35,248 bases of DNA from a virus. Taxonomy: Duplodnaviria > Caudoviricetes. The notes under the pieces were generated by a model that searched no databases, had not been told where the DNA came from, and saw nothing but the letters and a program-made list of their open reading frames with translations. The stretch spans positions 1 to 35,248 of IMG/VR virus record IMGVR_UViG_3300025837_000009. One strand, 5' to 3'. Below are positions 8,006 through 16,863 of the stretch, piece by piece; the first letter of the stretch is position 1; each line of letters starts with the position of its first letter. The position numbers were made by a program, and so were the translations under genes.

Positions 8006-8439
8006 GGTTTAATGTGTTCCTCGGTTAATATTAGAAATGACATCTTTTTTGTTTTACACCAATGTTCTGCTGCGGCCCATTTAGCTTGATTTACCTCGTA
8101 TGTCATTATCTCGGTAAGCATTCTAGGCGTAGCTTTCTTTTTCATCTTAGGTGGAAGTGTCTGTGCTTTTGGTTTTACTTCTACCAAATATCTATTAATC
8201 TTGCCATCTGCTGATTTTGAAACGACAACGAAATCAGGAAAATATCTGTGTATCCTATTATCAACCGGACTCAAGTATGGTATGATAATTTCTTCTGAGC
8301 CCCATTCTAAAATGGATTCATTATTATCGAAAAACAACATTGTCTTCTTTTCCCAACCAGACCGGTAAAAGATTTTTGTCGAATCTCCAATATATTTCTC
8401 TGGATTTTTTGGTGAAAATTTACCTTGGTGATACTTCAT
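8002..8439 (-). CDS. gp4: head completion nuclease, T4 gp4-like (TnsA-type PD-(D/E)xK fold)
   Basis: MKYHQGKFSPKNPEKYIGD...IFYRSGWE, W.SEEIIIPY.SP.D..IHRYFPDF, VEVKP..QT, VNQAKW.AA, F.ILTE. Start set at the ATG at 8439 rather than 8478. Confidence 0.93.
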   Translation of the reverse strand: MKYHQGKFSPKNPEKYIGDSTKIFYRSGWEKKTMLFFDNNESILEWGSEEIIIPYLSPVDNRIHRYFPDFVVVSKSADGKINRYLVEVKPKAQTLPPKMKKKATPRMLTEIMTYEVNQAKWAAAEHWCKTKKMSFLILTEEHIKP

Positions 8440-8494
8440 TGTCTCGTGATAAATAATAGTAATTAATTGACTATTCACTATTTATCACGAGACA
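8440..8494. promoter_or_regulatory. 16-bp perfect inverted repeat carrying two oppositely oriented late promoters (GTGATAAATA) and both ribosome-binding regions
   Basis: TGTCTCGTGATAAATA (8440-8455) and TATTTATCACGAGACA (8479-8494) are exact reverse complements and abut the gp4 and gp48 start codons. Confidence 0.8.
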
Positions 8495-9591
8495 TGGCAT
8501 ATAAAACTAGAGAAATATTATTGGGAGAAACACAGAAACCGATAATGGGCAACAAGACGTTAGAACAAAACCGCCCATATTCTACTATTGAATACCCAAA
8601 AGACCAATTGGGCGGTGACCGTTATCCTTATTACACTGTATTCTATATCAATGAAAACAGCAAATCAAAACTCGTAGCAAAAGATGATTCTAATACTCAG
8701 GGTATAGTCGAATCTAAGAGGACTGGAACCGCAGTATCACAATCAATAGACAAATCTTATGTTGCTGAAACGATAAAGAGCACATCCAATGCTGCAATCG
8801 GTGGATATAATAAAGTAGTAGGTGCATTTGAAGGTAGTCCATTTAAATTATCAAAAGCGAAAGAGATGGAATCGTTTGAATTCACATCTGGAACAAAACG
8901 ACTTAAATATGCAATATGTTTGCCAATGCCAGCAAAGGTTAGGGCAAATTATGATGCAGATTATTCTGCTTCAGAGGCAATAGGAGCGATGGGAGCGACT
9001 GTATTAGCTGCAATCAATCCTAATGGTGATATGACTGAAACAACATTACAAGGATTAGCACCTGTCGCTGTCGGCACTGGTATCAAGAAAATAGGCACTT
9101 ATATACCTGGCATAAATGCTAGAGAGGTTGGCGACAGTGCGAGCAAGATTACAAAAAATATTATACAGAAATTCACAGGCAAGGTAATCAACAAACGCCA
9201 AGAACAACTGTTCAATAATATGAAATTTAGAAGTCATCAATTTTCTTATATCTTCATACCGAGAAATGAACAGGAAAGCTTGAACATAAATGAAATCATA
9301 CGACTGTTCAAGACACACATGCATCCTGAATTGAATGGTTCATCTGGTGGTTCATCCTTATTGATTACACCAGCAGAATTTGACATAGAATTCATGCACA
9401 AAGAGGCAGAGAATGTGTCGCTCAGCAGAATAACAACGTGTGCATTACAAAGCATTGATGTGAATTATACACAGATAGGAGAATTCATTGCTTTCGATGG
9501 TACGGATAATCCTGTCGCAATAGGCCTAGATATGACATTTGTTGAACTAGAACCTCTCACTAGAAACATGGTACAAGACGGTGGTTATTAA
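8494..9591 (+). CDS. gp48: baseplate tail-tube cap, T4 gp48-like
   Basis: YP.D...Y.VFYIN, I.LPMP....NY.ADY, N..QEQLF....FRSHQFSYIF.PRN.QE...I..II..FK.HMHPE, C.L.SIDVNY, L.MTF.ELE.LTR. ATG at 8494 preferred over TTG at 8467. Confidence 0.88.
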   Translation: MAYKTREILLGETQKPIMGNKTLEQNRPYSTIEYPKDQLGGDRYPYYTVFYINENSKSKLVAKDDSNTQGIVESKRTGTAVSQSIDKSYVAETIKSTSNAAIGGYNKVVGAFEGSPFKLSKAKEMESFEFTSGTKRLKYAICLPMPAKVRANYDADYSASEAIGAMGATVLAAINPNGDMTETTLQGLAPVAVGTGIKKIGTYIPGINAREVGDSASKITKNIIQKFTGKVINKRQEQLFNNMKFRSHQFSYIFIPRNEQESLNINEIIRLFKTHMHPELNGSSGGSSLLITPAEFDIEFMHKEAENVSLSRITTCALQSIDVNYTQIGEFIAFDGTDNPVAIGLDMTFVELEPLTRNMVQDGGY

Positions 9592-10121
9592 TGACATACT
9601 TTAAAGATTTCTCATTTATTAAATACGATTATACGATACCACAAGACGCATTCCCTGTGATTGATACTATAGTGGATTTGACGCAACGTATTCAATTTAA
9701 CATATCAAATTCGGATTTGGCTAAAATATGTGATGAATACATTGTAGCAGATAATACTACACCAGAATCTATCGCAGCTAGTGTTTATAATGACCCATTC
9801 CTCCATTGGACTATTATGTATGTCAATGATATAACAGATTTACATGCTGGGTGGCCATTATCTGGTACAGCATTGAGCGAATTTGTTACAAAGAAATATG
9901 GTACAGGTAACGAAGAGAACACGCATCATTATGAAACATTAGAGGGAGTATGGATTGACCAGGATTTTTGTTTGGAGGTATATGGTATAAATCCTAAAAA
10001 TATCACTAATTATGATTATGAATATATTAAAAATGAACTCAAACGCCATATCAAGATAATTAAACCCGCTTATATATCGAGATTTGTGCAGGCATTCAAG
10101 GAAGCTAGCTTAAATGGATAA
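9591..10121 (+). CDS. gp53: baseplate wedge subunit, T4 gp53-like
   Basis: M.YFKDF..I.Y, TPESIA..VY.DP.LHW.IM.VN.I.D....WPL, HHYE, NYDYE...NE.KR.IKIIKP.YI..FV. Confidence 0.92.
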   Translation: MTYFKDFSFIKYDYTIPQDAFPVIDTIVDLTQRIQFNISNSDLAKICDEYIVADNTTPESIAASVYNDPFLHWTIMYVNDITDLHAGWPLSGTALSEFVTKKYGTGNEENTHHYETLEGVWIDQDFCLEVYGINPKNITNYDYEYIKNELKRHIKIIKPAYISRFVQAFKEASLNG

Positions 10122-11385
10122 AGCATTTGAGCCTGGCATACAACAGGCGGGTGATGTAGAGATAAAAGAGATATATTTTATCGATACAAAATCAAACAAG
10201 AAAATCAATCTTCTAGGTTCAATGGTTGATATGACAATATACGAGGATATATTTTCCCCTGTACTGACAGGATATTGTGCTATAATTGAAACACAGAATT
10301 TGATATCAAGTCTACCAATTGTAGGCGGGGAAATGTTGTATATAGAATTCAGCACTCCATCATTGAATACAATCAAAACAATATTTCAGATTACGAAGAT
10401 TGGTATTAGAGAACATCAGGACAAAAAGAATGCATATACACTGGACTTCATATCGTATGAAGGATATGTTGATGTACAAAAGAGAATAAGTAAAGCATAT
10501 TCTGGTAGTACATCAACACTTGTGCAATCAATATTCAGCACTGAATTCGGTTCACAAATAGTCGATGCTGATGAGTCAGATAATTTCATTAAGTTTGTAT
10601 CTCCTTATTGGAGTCCATTAAAGATTATCAATCATATTACATCTAGAGCTATACTACCAAACAATAAGATGGTTACACCAAACTATCTTTTCTATCAGAC
10701 ATGTCAAGGACATAAATTCAAGTCTCTTAGCACTTTGTTGTCAGCCAAAGCAAAGACAGAATTATTCTTCGACAAGAATCCAGCCAGGTCTCAAACAACG
10801 GACGGAAAATCTATCAGAAACATCGATAGAGAATATAAGACTATCAAAGAACTCACATTCGTAGCATCTCAAGATTTTTTAAAAAATATGATGAATGGTG
10901 CATATAATCATAGACTATATGGTGCTGATATATTATCAAAAAGATTCAGTCTTAATACATACTCGTTCACGGATGATTTCAATAAAACAGCACACACTGA
11001 CACCAACCCGTTAAACATTTTACCGATATCCAAAAATTCTGGTCTGCATTCTATACATCATACATACAACAATCTGTTCAATGGAGTGAAAGATATATCT
11101 GCTGAGATTATAGCTAAACGTATATCTTTGCTTGCACAACTTGAGACATGGAAAATCGATATTGTTGTACATGGCAGAACAGATTACGAAGTAGGACAAA
11201 CAGTGTATATATGGTTGAATCAATTTAAAACAGTAGATGCTAGCGACAAATATACGAATGATACATTCGATAAAGTATATAGTGGCAAATATCTTATAAC
11301 AGCAATACAACATAGATTCACTCAAGCAAAACATCAAATTAACATGCAATTGATTAAGGACGCTGCATTCAGCGAGATTAAATGA
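10114..11385 (+). CDS. baseplate hub protein (gp27-like)
   Basis: IYEDIFSP.LTG...I......I..LPIVGGE, P.WSPLK.I, YLFYQ, and C-terminal SGKYLITAI.H.F; sits between gp53 and gp5. Confidence 0.65.
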   Translation: MDKAFEPGIQQAGDVEIKEIYFIDTKSNKKINLLGSMVDMTIYEDIFSPVLTGYCAIIETQNLISSLPIVGGEMLYIEFSTPSLNTIKTIFQITKIGIREHQDKKNAYTLDFISYEGYVDVQKRISKAYSGSTSTLVQSIFSTEFGSQIVDADESDNFIKFVSPYWSPLKIINHITSRAILPNNKMVTPNYLFYQTCQGHKFKSLSTLLSAKAKTELFFDKNPARSQTTDGKSIRNIDREYKTIKELTFVASQDFLKNMMNGAYNHRLYGADILSKRFSLNTYSFTDDFNKTAHTDTNPLNILPISKNSGLHSIHHTYNNLFNGVKDISAEIIAKRISLLAQLETWKIDIVVHGRTDYEVGQTVYIWLNQFKTVDASDKYTNDTFDKVYSGKYLITAIQHRFTQAKHQINMQLIKDAAFSEIK

Positions 11386-13700
11386 TTTACATAGGCAAAA
11401 TAGAAGATTGCTCAAATGACCCGTTCAGGGCTACAAGATATAAAGTCAGACTAATCGGGGTACATCAAGCCGATAAGACTATATTACCGACAGAAGATTT
11501 GCCATGGGCTACGTGTGTACAAAATAACTCTGCTGCAATGAGCGGTATAGGAACATCTGCTAATGGGTATTTGAACGGTTCTACTGTTGCTGTAATGTTC
11601 CTGGATGAAGATAAACAAATACCATTCATTCTAGGTGCTATAGGTGGTGTACCCAATTCAAATTATACTGGGACAGAATTATATTCGACTATCGACTCCG
11701 AATTATCGATATTACCTAGACCAGTACCACCAGAAGAACCAACAGAAGATTATATAGGACCACTTTCTCATAATGATGTAAAAAACATCATCAGTAAACT
11801 CGGTGAACTAAGAGGAAATAATCCGAGTAAAACAACAGAGTTTGGTATTGGGAAATATCAACACACGGATACAGAACTCGAGGCGCTTGGATATATCAGC
11901 GACGGTACATGGGTAGGTAAAAATGGCGTAAAGAGTGTGGAACAATATCTTAATACACCTAATGAACAATATGATGCTGAAGAGAATCTACTGAAAGTAT
12001 ATTATGTTGCTCTAATGCAGATGCAGGTGATAACTGCATATACACCAAAAGAAAAGGTTGCTGGTGTATTATTGTCAGCACATGTCAATGGAATAGAAGG
12101 TGCATATACACTTGTATATAAAGGAAAAGATTATAACAATTATCTGAGTGAAAATACATTACAGTTTTACCGTGAAGGTCATAAGCTCATTGGTGGTATA
12201 TACACAGAGGAAATACCAACAATAGAAAATATCGACAATACTGCGACAGATAATTCTGGCGAAGATATCTACCCATCAAAAAGCAAATTTGACGTAAAAC
12301 CGCATGAAATTTCTCTTAATAATCAAGGATTTAGAGACCCTAATGGGACGTATCCTCTATTGTCCCACGATAAAGAGCCAGATACACCCAGACTGGCATC
12401 AGGTATCAAGGTGACACAGACAATACTCGGGTTTAAAGAACAATCATCCGTGAATAATATCTCTGTGGCAAATAGCACAGTTACATGGAAACAATCTCCT
12501 CAACCATATAATGCACAGTATCCAAAGAATCACGTATATCAGAGCGAATCTGGTCACGTGATGGAATTCGATGATACTAAAGATGCAGAGAGAGTACACA
12601 TTGCACACAGAACTGGCACATTCTTCGAGATTGATAATGTAGGTAATCAAGTAGACCGTATCATGGGAATCCGTACCGTGATAGTAGATGCAGATGAACT
12701 TGTGTATATAAAGGGTTCCGGTCACGTTACTATTGACGGTGACATGTCGCTGAAAGTAAATAAAGCGATGCACGTGGAGATTACTGGTAATGCTAACGTC
12801 AAAGTAGCAGGGGATTATAACATAGATGTCGGTGGTACATTTAGGGTCAATTCAGCTGCATTTGAAATAGGTGGTAGCGGGTCGTCGAAGGTTACTGCAC
12901 CTGCATTAGCTCTGAATGCAAATAATATATTACAGAATCCGTCGACTGGAGATATTATATTCTCTGGACACACTAACAGTTATGATGCAGTATCAGGTGT
13001 ATCTCAATGGTCACCTTCAATTAGGATACCAGCACCTGTTACTAGAAAAGAAATGCAGGGGATTGAATTGGAAGATACTGAAGCATCCAAAATACTAGCA
13101 GGAGAGGATAAGGCTTTATTGAAAGTCGATGAAGATAAAACGAGTCCAGCACATACTCCAAGTAAAATATCAAGCATATATACACTTCCTTCGCTCATAA
13201 CTTATGAAACTGTATTATCAGCAAACTTCAAAGTAAGAGATGTATCTGTTGGTAGTTTGGGCAGCAATTTCCCATTCTCTGGTCAACATGGTTTAACAGC
13301 AAAAGATATAGCAGAAAATGCACAGGGGTTGTGTCTAAACTGTCTTGAGCCAATAAGACAGCAATTTAGTTCTGTTGGATTTAAATTGAACTCTGTTGTT
13401 AGACCGTCTGGCAATCCTTATTCAAATCCTAATAGGATTTCTCAGCATGAACTTGGTATGGCGGCTGATATATCATTCTCTTCTATTAGAGGCCTGCCAA
13501 ATGATAGAGAGAAGTTCTTTGACATTGCAAAATGGATAAAAGACAACATCCTCTTTGACCAGTTGTTGCTAGAATATCGAAACGGCGGGTCAGTTTGGAT
13601 TCATATATCATATAACAAGACGAGCAACCGTAGAAACATAATGACAATGAACAACGATAAGAAGTATGATAACGGTCTAGTGTTGTTGAAAGAATTATAG
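11382..13700 (+). CDS. gp5: baseplate central spike, T4 gp5-like, with a lysozyme-like insert and a C-terminal M15-type Zn peptidase domain
   Basis: OB-fold (DP....RYKVR..G.H......LPTEDLPWA, G..V.V.FLD...QIP.ILG), YP.NHV.QSESGH.MEFDDT..AERVH..HRTGTF.EI, beta-helix repeats, then SQHELGMAADI...FDQLLLE...WIHISY. Confidence 0.92.
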   Translation: MIYIGKIEDCSNDPFRATRYKVRLIGVHQADKTILPTEDLPWATCVQNNSAAMSGIGTSANGYLNGSTVAVMFLDEDKQIPFILGAIGGVPNSNYTGTELYSTIDSELSILPRPVPPEEPTEDYIGPLSHNDVKNIISKLGELRGNNPSKTTEFGIGKYQHTDTELEALGYISDGTWVGKNGVKSVEQYLNTPNEQYDAEENLLKVYYVALMQMQVITAYTPKEKVAGVLLSAHVNGIEGAYTLVYKGKDYNNYLSENTLQFYREGHKLIGGIYTEEIPTIENIDNTATDNSGEDIYPSKSKFDVKPHEISLNNQGFRDPNGTYPLLSHDKEPDTPRLASGIKVTQTILGFKEQSSVNNISVANSTVTWKQSPQPYNAQYPKNHVYQSESGHVMEFDDTKDAERVHIAHRTGTFFEIDNVGNQVDRIMGIRTVIVDADELVYIKGSGHVTIDGDMSLKVNKAMHVEITGNANVKVAGDYNIDVGGTFRVNSAAFEIGGSGSSKVTAPALALNANNILQNPSTGDIIFSGHTNSYDAVSGVSQWSPSIRIPAPVTRKEMQGIELEDTEASKILAGEDKALLKVDEDKTSPAHTPSKISSIYTLPSLITYETVLSANFKVRDVSVGSLGSNFPFSGQHGLTAKDIAENAQGLCLNCLEPIRQQFSSVGFKLNSVVRPSGNPYSNPNRISQHELGMAADISFSSIRGLPNDREKFFDIAKWIKDNILFDQLLLEYRNGGSVWIHISYNKTSNRRNIMTMNNDKKYDNGLVLLKEL

Positions 13701-13712
13701 GAGAGTGAACTC

Positions 13713-13919
13713 ATGGCAATGACACCACAAGGAATGGCGAATAAGATATCGGCTGCTTTACCTGTTCAACCTGGAGTGAATAAAGAAACTTTCGATGCGT
13801 TTCTGTTAGCATTAGCAACAGGAATCATTAATGAAATCCAAGCAAATTCTGAGCTAGTTCCGATAACAACATATAGTGGTTCAGCTGGTGCAGGTATTAT
13901 AACAGGAAAAGTGTCATAA
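13713..13919 (+). CDS. small spike-associated hypothetical protein (68 aa)
   Basis: AGGAG SD; directly follows gp5; no PAAR motif. Confidence 0.65.
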   Translation: MAMTPQGMANKISAALPVQPGVNKETFDAFLLALATGIINEIQANSELVPITTYSGSAGAGIITGKVS

Positions 13920-13928
13920 AAAGTTGAA

Positions 13929-14082
13929 AATAGTTGACAAATAGTTGACAACCGTTCAAAATTAGACTGTGCCTCGATGATATTCTACTATTTTATGTGT
14001 ATTAAATGAATAGATACTTGAATAGATACTTGAATTAAATAAATAAATTAAACAAAGACTTATAAGAGTTAATGAATAGATA
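13929..14082. repeat. intergenic short direct repeats
   Basis: AATAGTTGACA x2 (13929-13950); TGAATAGATACT x2 (14007-14030) with a further TGAATAGATA at 14073-14082. Confidence 0.7.
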
Positions 14083-14094
14083 AATGAAGGGCAC

Positions 14095-14520
14095 ATGAAA
14101 ATGATTATTGAATTAAAAAGAGATTTCCTTTATCCACTATGTACTATCGGTACTCTAACAGTAGATGGTTTATTTGTTTGTTATACACTCGAAGATACTG
14201 TGAGAGAAGTAGATGGTGTAGATGTCAAAGAGTGGAAGATACCAGGTAGAACAGCTATTCCTCGTGGTGAATATGAAGTTGTATTGAGCATGTCAAACAG
14301 ATTTAAAAAGATATTACCAGAAGTATTGAATGTGCCTGGTTTTGCTGGTATCAGAATACATACAGGCAATACACAAAAAGATACTGAGGGATGTATCTTA
14401 GTAGGTATGGTTAATAGAATTATATCAATCGGGGACAGTGTTGCTGCATTAAAGAAATTGCAACCCATGATAGAAAACGCTATTAAGAATAAAGAGAAAG
14501 TGACTATTAAATTATCATGA
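14095..14520 (+). CDS. DUF5675-like protein (L,D-transpeptidase-like His/Cys motif), candidate peptidoglycan enzyme
   Basis: TIGTL.VDG.F.CYTLED, TAIP.GEY.V....S.RF...LP.V.NVPGF.GIRIH.GNT..DTEGCILVG. Confidence 0.75.
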   Translation: MKMIIELKRDFLYPLCTIGTLTVDGLFVCYTLEDTVREVDGVDVKEWKIPGRTAIPRGEYEVVLSMSNRFKKILPEVLNVPGFAGIRIHTGNTQKDTEGCILVGMVNRIISIGDSVAALKKLQPMIENAIKNKEKVTIKLS

Positions 14521-14690
14521 GTGCATGTTTAACAGGATTAATTGGATTATTCATAATCAATGTGGCTGTTATAATTTATTTTATCTTCCGAAATAAAGAG
14601 TTATCAGATGTCAGTAGCAAAAGGAAATCACCACTGGGTCTCATAACGAGAGAAGATGTTGCAACAACAAAGAGAGACCCGAGAATCTGA
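14517..14690 (+). CDS. small single-pass membrane protein (57 aa)
   Basis: ATGA overlap with the previous stop; MSACLTGLIGLFIINVAVIIYFIF followed by basic RNK; ends at TGA just before a late promoter. Confidence 0.55.
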   Translation: MSACLTGLIGLFIINVAVIIYFIFRNKELSDVSSKRKSPLGLITREDVATTKRDPRI

Positions 14691-14700
14691 GTGATAAATA
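14691..14700 (+). promoter_or_regulatory. putative late promoter (GTGATAAATA) for gp25-gp6-gp7
   Basis: Same decamer as 8446 and 23392; 25 nt upstream of the gp25 ATG. Confidence 0.7.
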
Positions 14701-14725
14701 ATGCCATATATCAATAAAAGTTACT

Positions 14726-15103
14726 ATGGCAACCTATACAGATTTAAGCTTATCATTACAAGCACATCCATTCACTAAAGATATACTGAAGATTTCAGAC
14801 GTTGATGCTGTGAAGCAATCAATGAAAAATATACTCTTCAGTGGCCCATATTCCTCTCCATTCAATACAGTTCAAGGCGCTGATATAAGAAGTGTCCTCT
14901 TTGAACAACTCACACCAGCTAATATAGTAACCATTAAACGAAAAATATCATTGTCGCTAGAGGACTTAGAACCTAGAGCTGCAATTGAAGACATTTATAT
15001 CGGTGAGTCTGGTAATAATGGTATAAATATTGGTATATTGTTTCATGTTGTTGGTAATCCTAATCAGCAAACATTAAATTTCACATTTGAAAGAGTAAGA
15101 TAA
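14726..15103 (+). CDS. gp25: baseplate wedge subunit, T4 gp25-like
   Basis: Y.DL.L....HP.TKDI....D.DAVKQS.KNIL......PF....G..IR..LFE, EPR, C-terminal ERVR. Confidence 0.93.
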   Translation: MATYTDLSLSLQAHPFTKDILKISDVDAVKQSMKNILFSGPYSSPFNTVQGADIRSVLFEQLTPANIVTIKRKISLSLEDLEPRAAIEDIYIGESGNNGINIGILFHVVGNPNQQTLNFTFERVR

Positions 15104-16863
15104 TGCAAAAGATTCGCATAGGGAAACTTGATTTCCAAGACATAAAAGATTCGTTGAAGAATTATCTATCACAACAAACAGAATTCACAGATTACAATTT
15201 TGAAGGTTCTAATATGTCTCAGTTGTTGAACATATTAGCATACAATGCACATTATGATGCACTTGCTGCAAACTTCCTTGCAAATGAAGTGTTCCTTGAT
15301 ACGGCCACAAAGAGGAGTTCAGTTATATCCAGAGCGAAGGAACTCGGGTATAACAGCAGAAGTCGAAGAGCATCATCTACTCAACTTAATATTAAAATTG
15401 CCAATTTAATAAATGCTGATACTACATCATCAGTATTATTGCCAAAAGGTACAAGATTCACTACAAAAGTGAATGATGAATCATTTGTGTTCACTACTAA
15501 AGAAGGAGTTATTTTAGATAAACAAATTGAATTGGGTGCACCAATATTTGTAGGTACAGTTACTGTGTATGAAGGAATATTGACACAGAATTTGAGCACC
15601 TATGATGGTATCGATAATACAATCACTATCCCGAATACTGATGTAGATACTACTACAATTAAGGTTGAATTATACGAAGATAGTCAATGGGTAGAATGGA
15701 CACAACCACAATCTTTCATGTCAGTAACTTCTACATCAAAAGTATATATGATTCAAGAAGGATTTAATGGTTATGAAATATATTTCGGTGATGGTGTATT
15801 GGGCAAGAAACCTCCGGCTAATACTCCGATTAGAATGACGTATATTGTTACTTCTGGTGATACTGCAAATGGTGCGTCAGTATTTTCTCTGACTTCTGAG
15901 CTCAATGGTGTGAATTCAAATACTATTATCACTCTGACACCAAATTCACCTACAGCAGGTGGATTATTAGAGGAATCAGTCGAATCTGTTAAACTGAATG
16001 CCAAGAACAGCTACGGTACACAGAATAGAGCAGTCGTAGCAGATGATTATGCCGACCTCGCTCAGCAGAATTTTGAACAAGTGAAAGAAGTATTAGCATG
16101 GGATGGTTCTACTACTACTCCACCAAGATTCGGTAAAGTGGTACTTTGTGTAAAACCTACTTCTGGTGCTGTATTATCTTCTGTCAATAAAAAGATAATA
16201 TCCGACTTCTTGATTCGTAAGGGCGTCGGTAACATTAAAATAGATTTTATTGACCCTGAATATATCAATATTGAAGTTGATACTACGCTAAAATATTCAG
16301 TATCTGATTTGCAGTTGTCTCCATACGAACTTGAATATGTCGTAAAAGATGCTATAACAAATTATGCAGGCGATTCAATCAACAAGTTTAGAGGTGTTTT
16401 TAGATATTCTAATCTTGTGTCACTTATTGACTCCGCTGACTATTCGATTTCAAGCAACGAGACAATAGTTACATTGAATAAAGAAGTTAGACCGAATCTT
16501 TATGCTCCTAATAACTTCGTATTTACATATTCTAATCAAATATTAAAAGGAACGTTCAAGAGTACAAAATTCAACGATGGTATATTAGCTAATAAATTAT
16601 TCTTGATGGACGTCAATGGAAAGATTCACTCATATTATTCTATTAATGGTAAAAACGTAATATATCATGCTAATGTTGGCACGATAAATTATATCACAGG
16701 CGACGTTGTATTAAACAACATATTGATGTCTAATGTCGATGACATGAAGTTCAAATTGTCAGTCAAACCAGCTACATTAGACATATATTCAAGTCAAAAT
16801 ATAATATTGACTCTGGTACAATCTAACATTAAAGTAAAAGCAATTAAGGACACCATTCAATGA
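15103..16863 (+). CDS. gp6: baseplate wedge subunit, T4 gp6-like
   Basis: LDF.DIK.SLK.YL..Q.EFTDYNFEGS.MS.LL.ILAYN.HY, YEIYFGDGVLG, QNRAV.ADDY, G.INY.TG. Confidence 0.95.
   Translation: MQKIRIGKLDFQDIKDSLKNYLSQQTEFTDYNFEGSNMSQLLNILAYNAHYDALAANFLANEVFLDTATKRSSVISRAKELGYNSRSRRASSTQLNIKIANLINADTTSSVLLPKGTRFTTKVNDESFVFTTKEGVILDKQIELGAPIFVGTVTVYEGILTQNLSTYDGIDNTITIPNTDVDTTTIKVELYEDSQWVEWTQPQSFMSVTSTSKVYMIQEGFNGYEIYFGDGVLGKKPPANTPIRMTYIVTSGDTANGASVFSLTSELNGVNSNTIITLTPNSPTAGGLLEESVESVKLNAKNSYGTQNRAVVADDYADLAQQNFEQVKEVLAWDGSTTTPPRFGKVVLCVKPTSGAVLSSVNKKIISDFLIRKGVGNIKIDFIDPEYINIEVDTTLKYSVSDLQLSPYELEYVVKDAITNYAGDSINKFRGVFRYSNLVSLIDSADYSISSNETIVTLNKEVRPNLYAPNNFVFTYSNQILKGTFKSTKFNDGILANKLFLMDVNGKIHSYYSINGKNVIYHANVGTINYITGDVVLNNILMSNVDDMKFKLSVKPATLDIYSSQNIILTLVQSNIKVKAIKDTIQ

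Noticed and set aside
8440-8493. ORF-track starts at 8478 (gp4) and 8467 (gp48)
   Set aside because: They would make the two divergent genes overlap and include the promoter palindrome. ATGs at 8439 and 8494 fit the symmetric RBS, and 8439 matches the conserved gp4 N-terminus.
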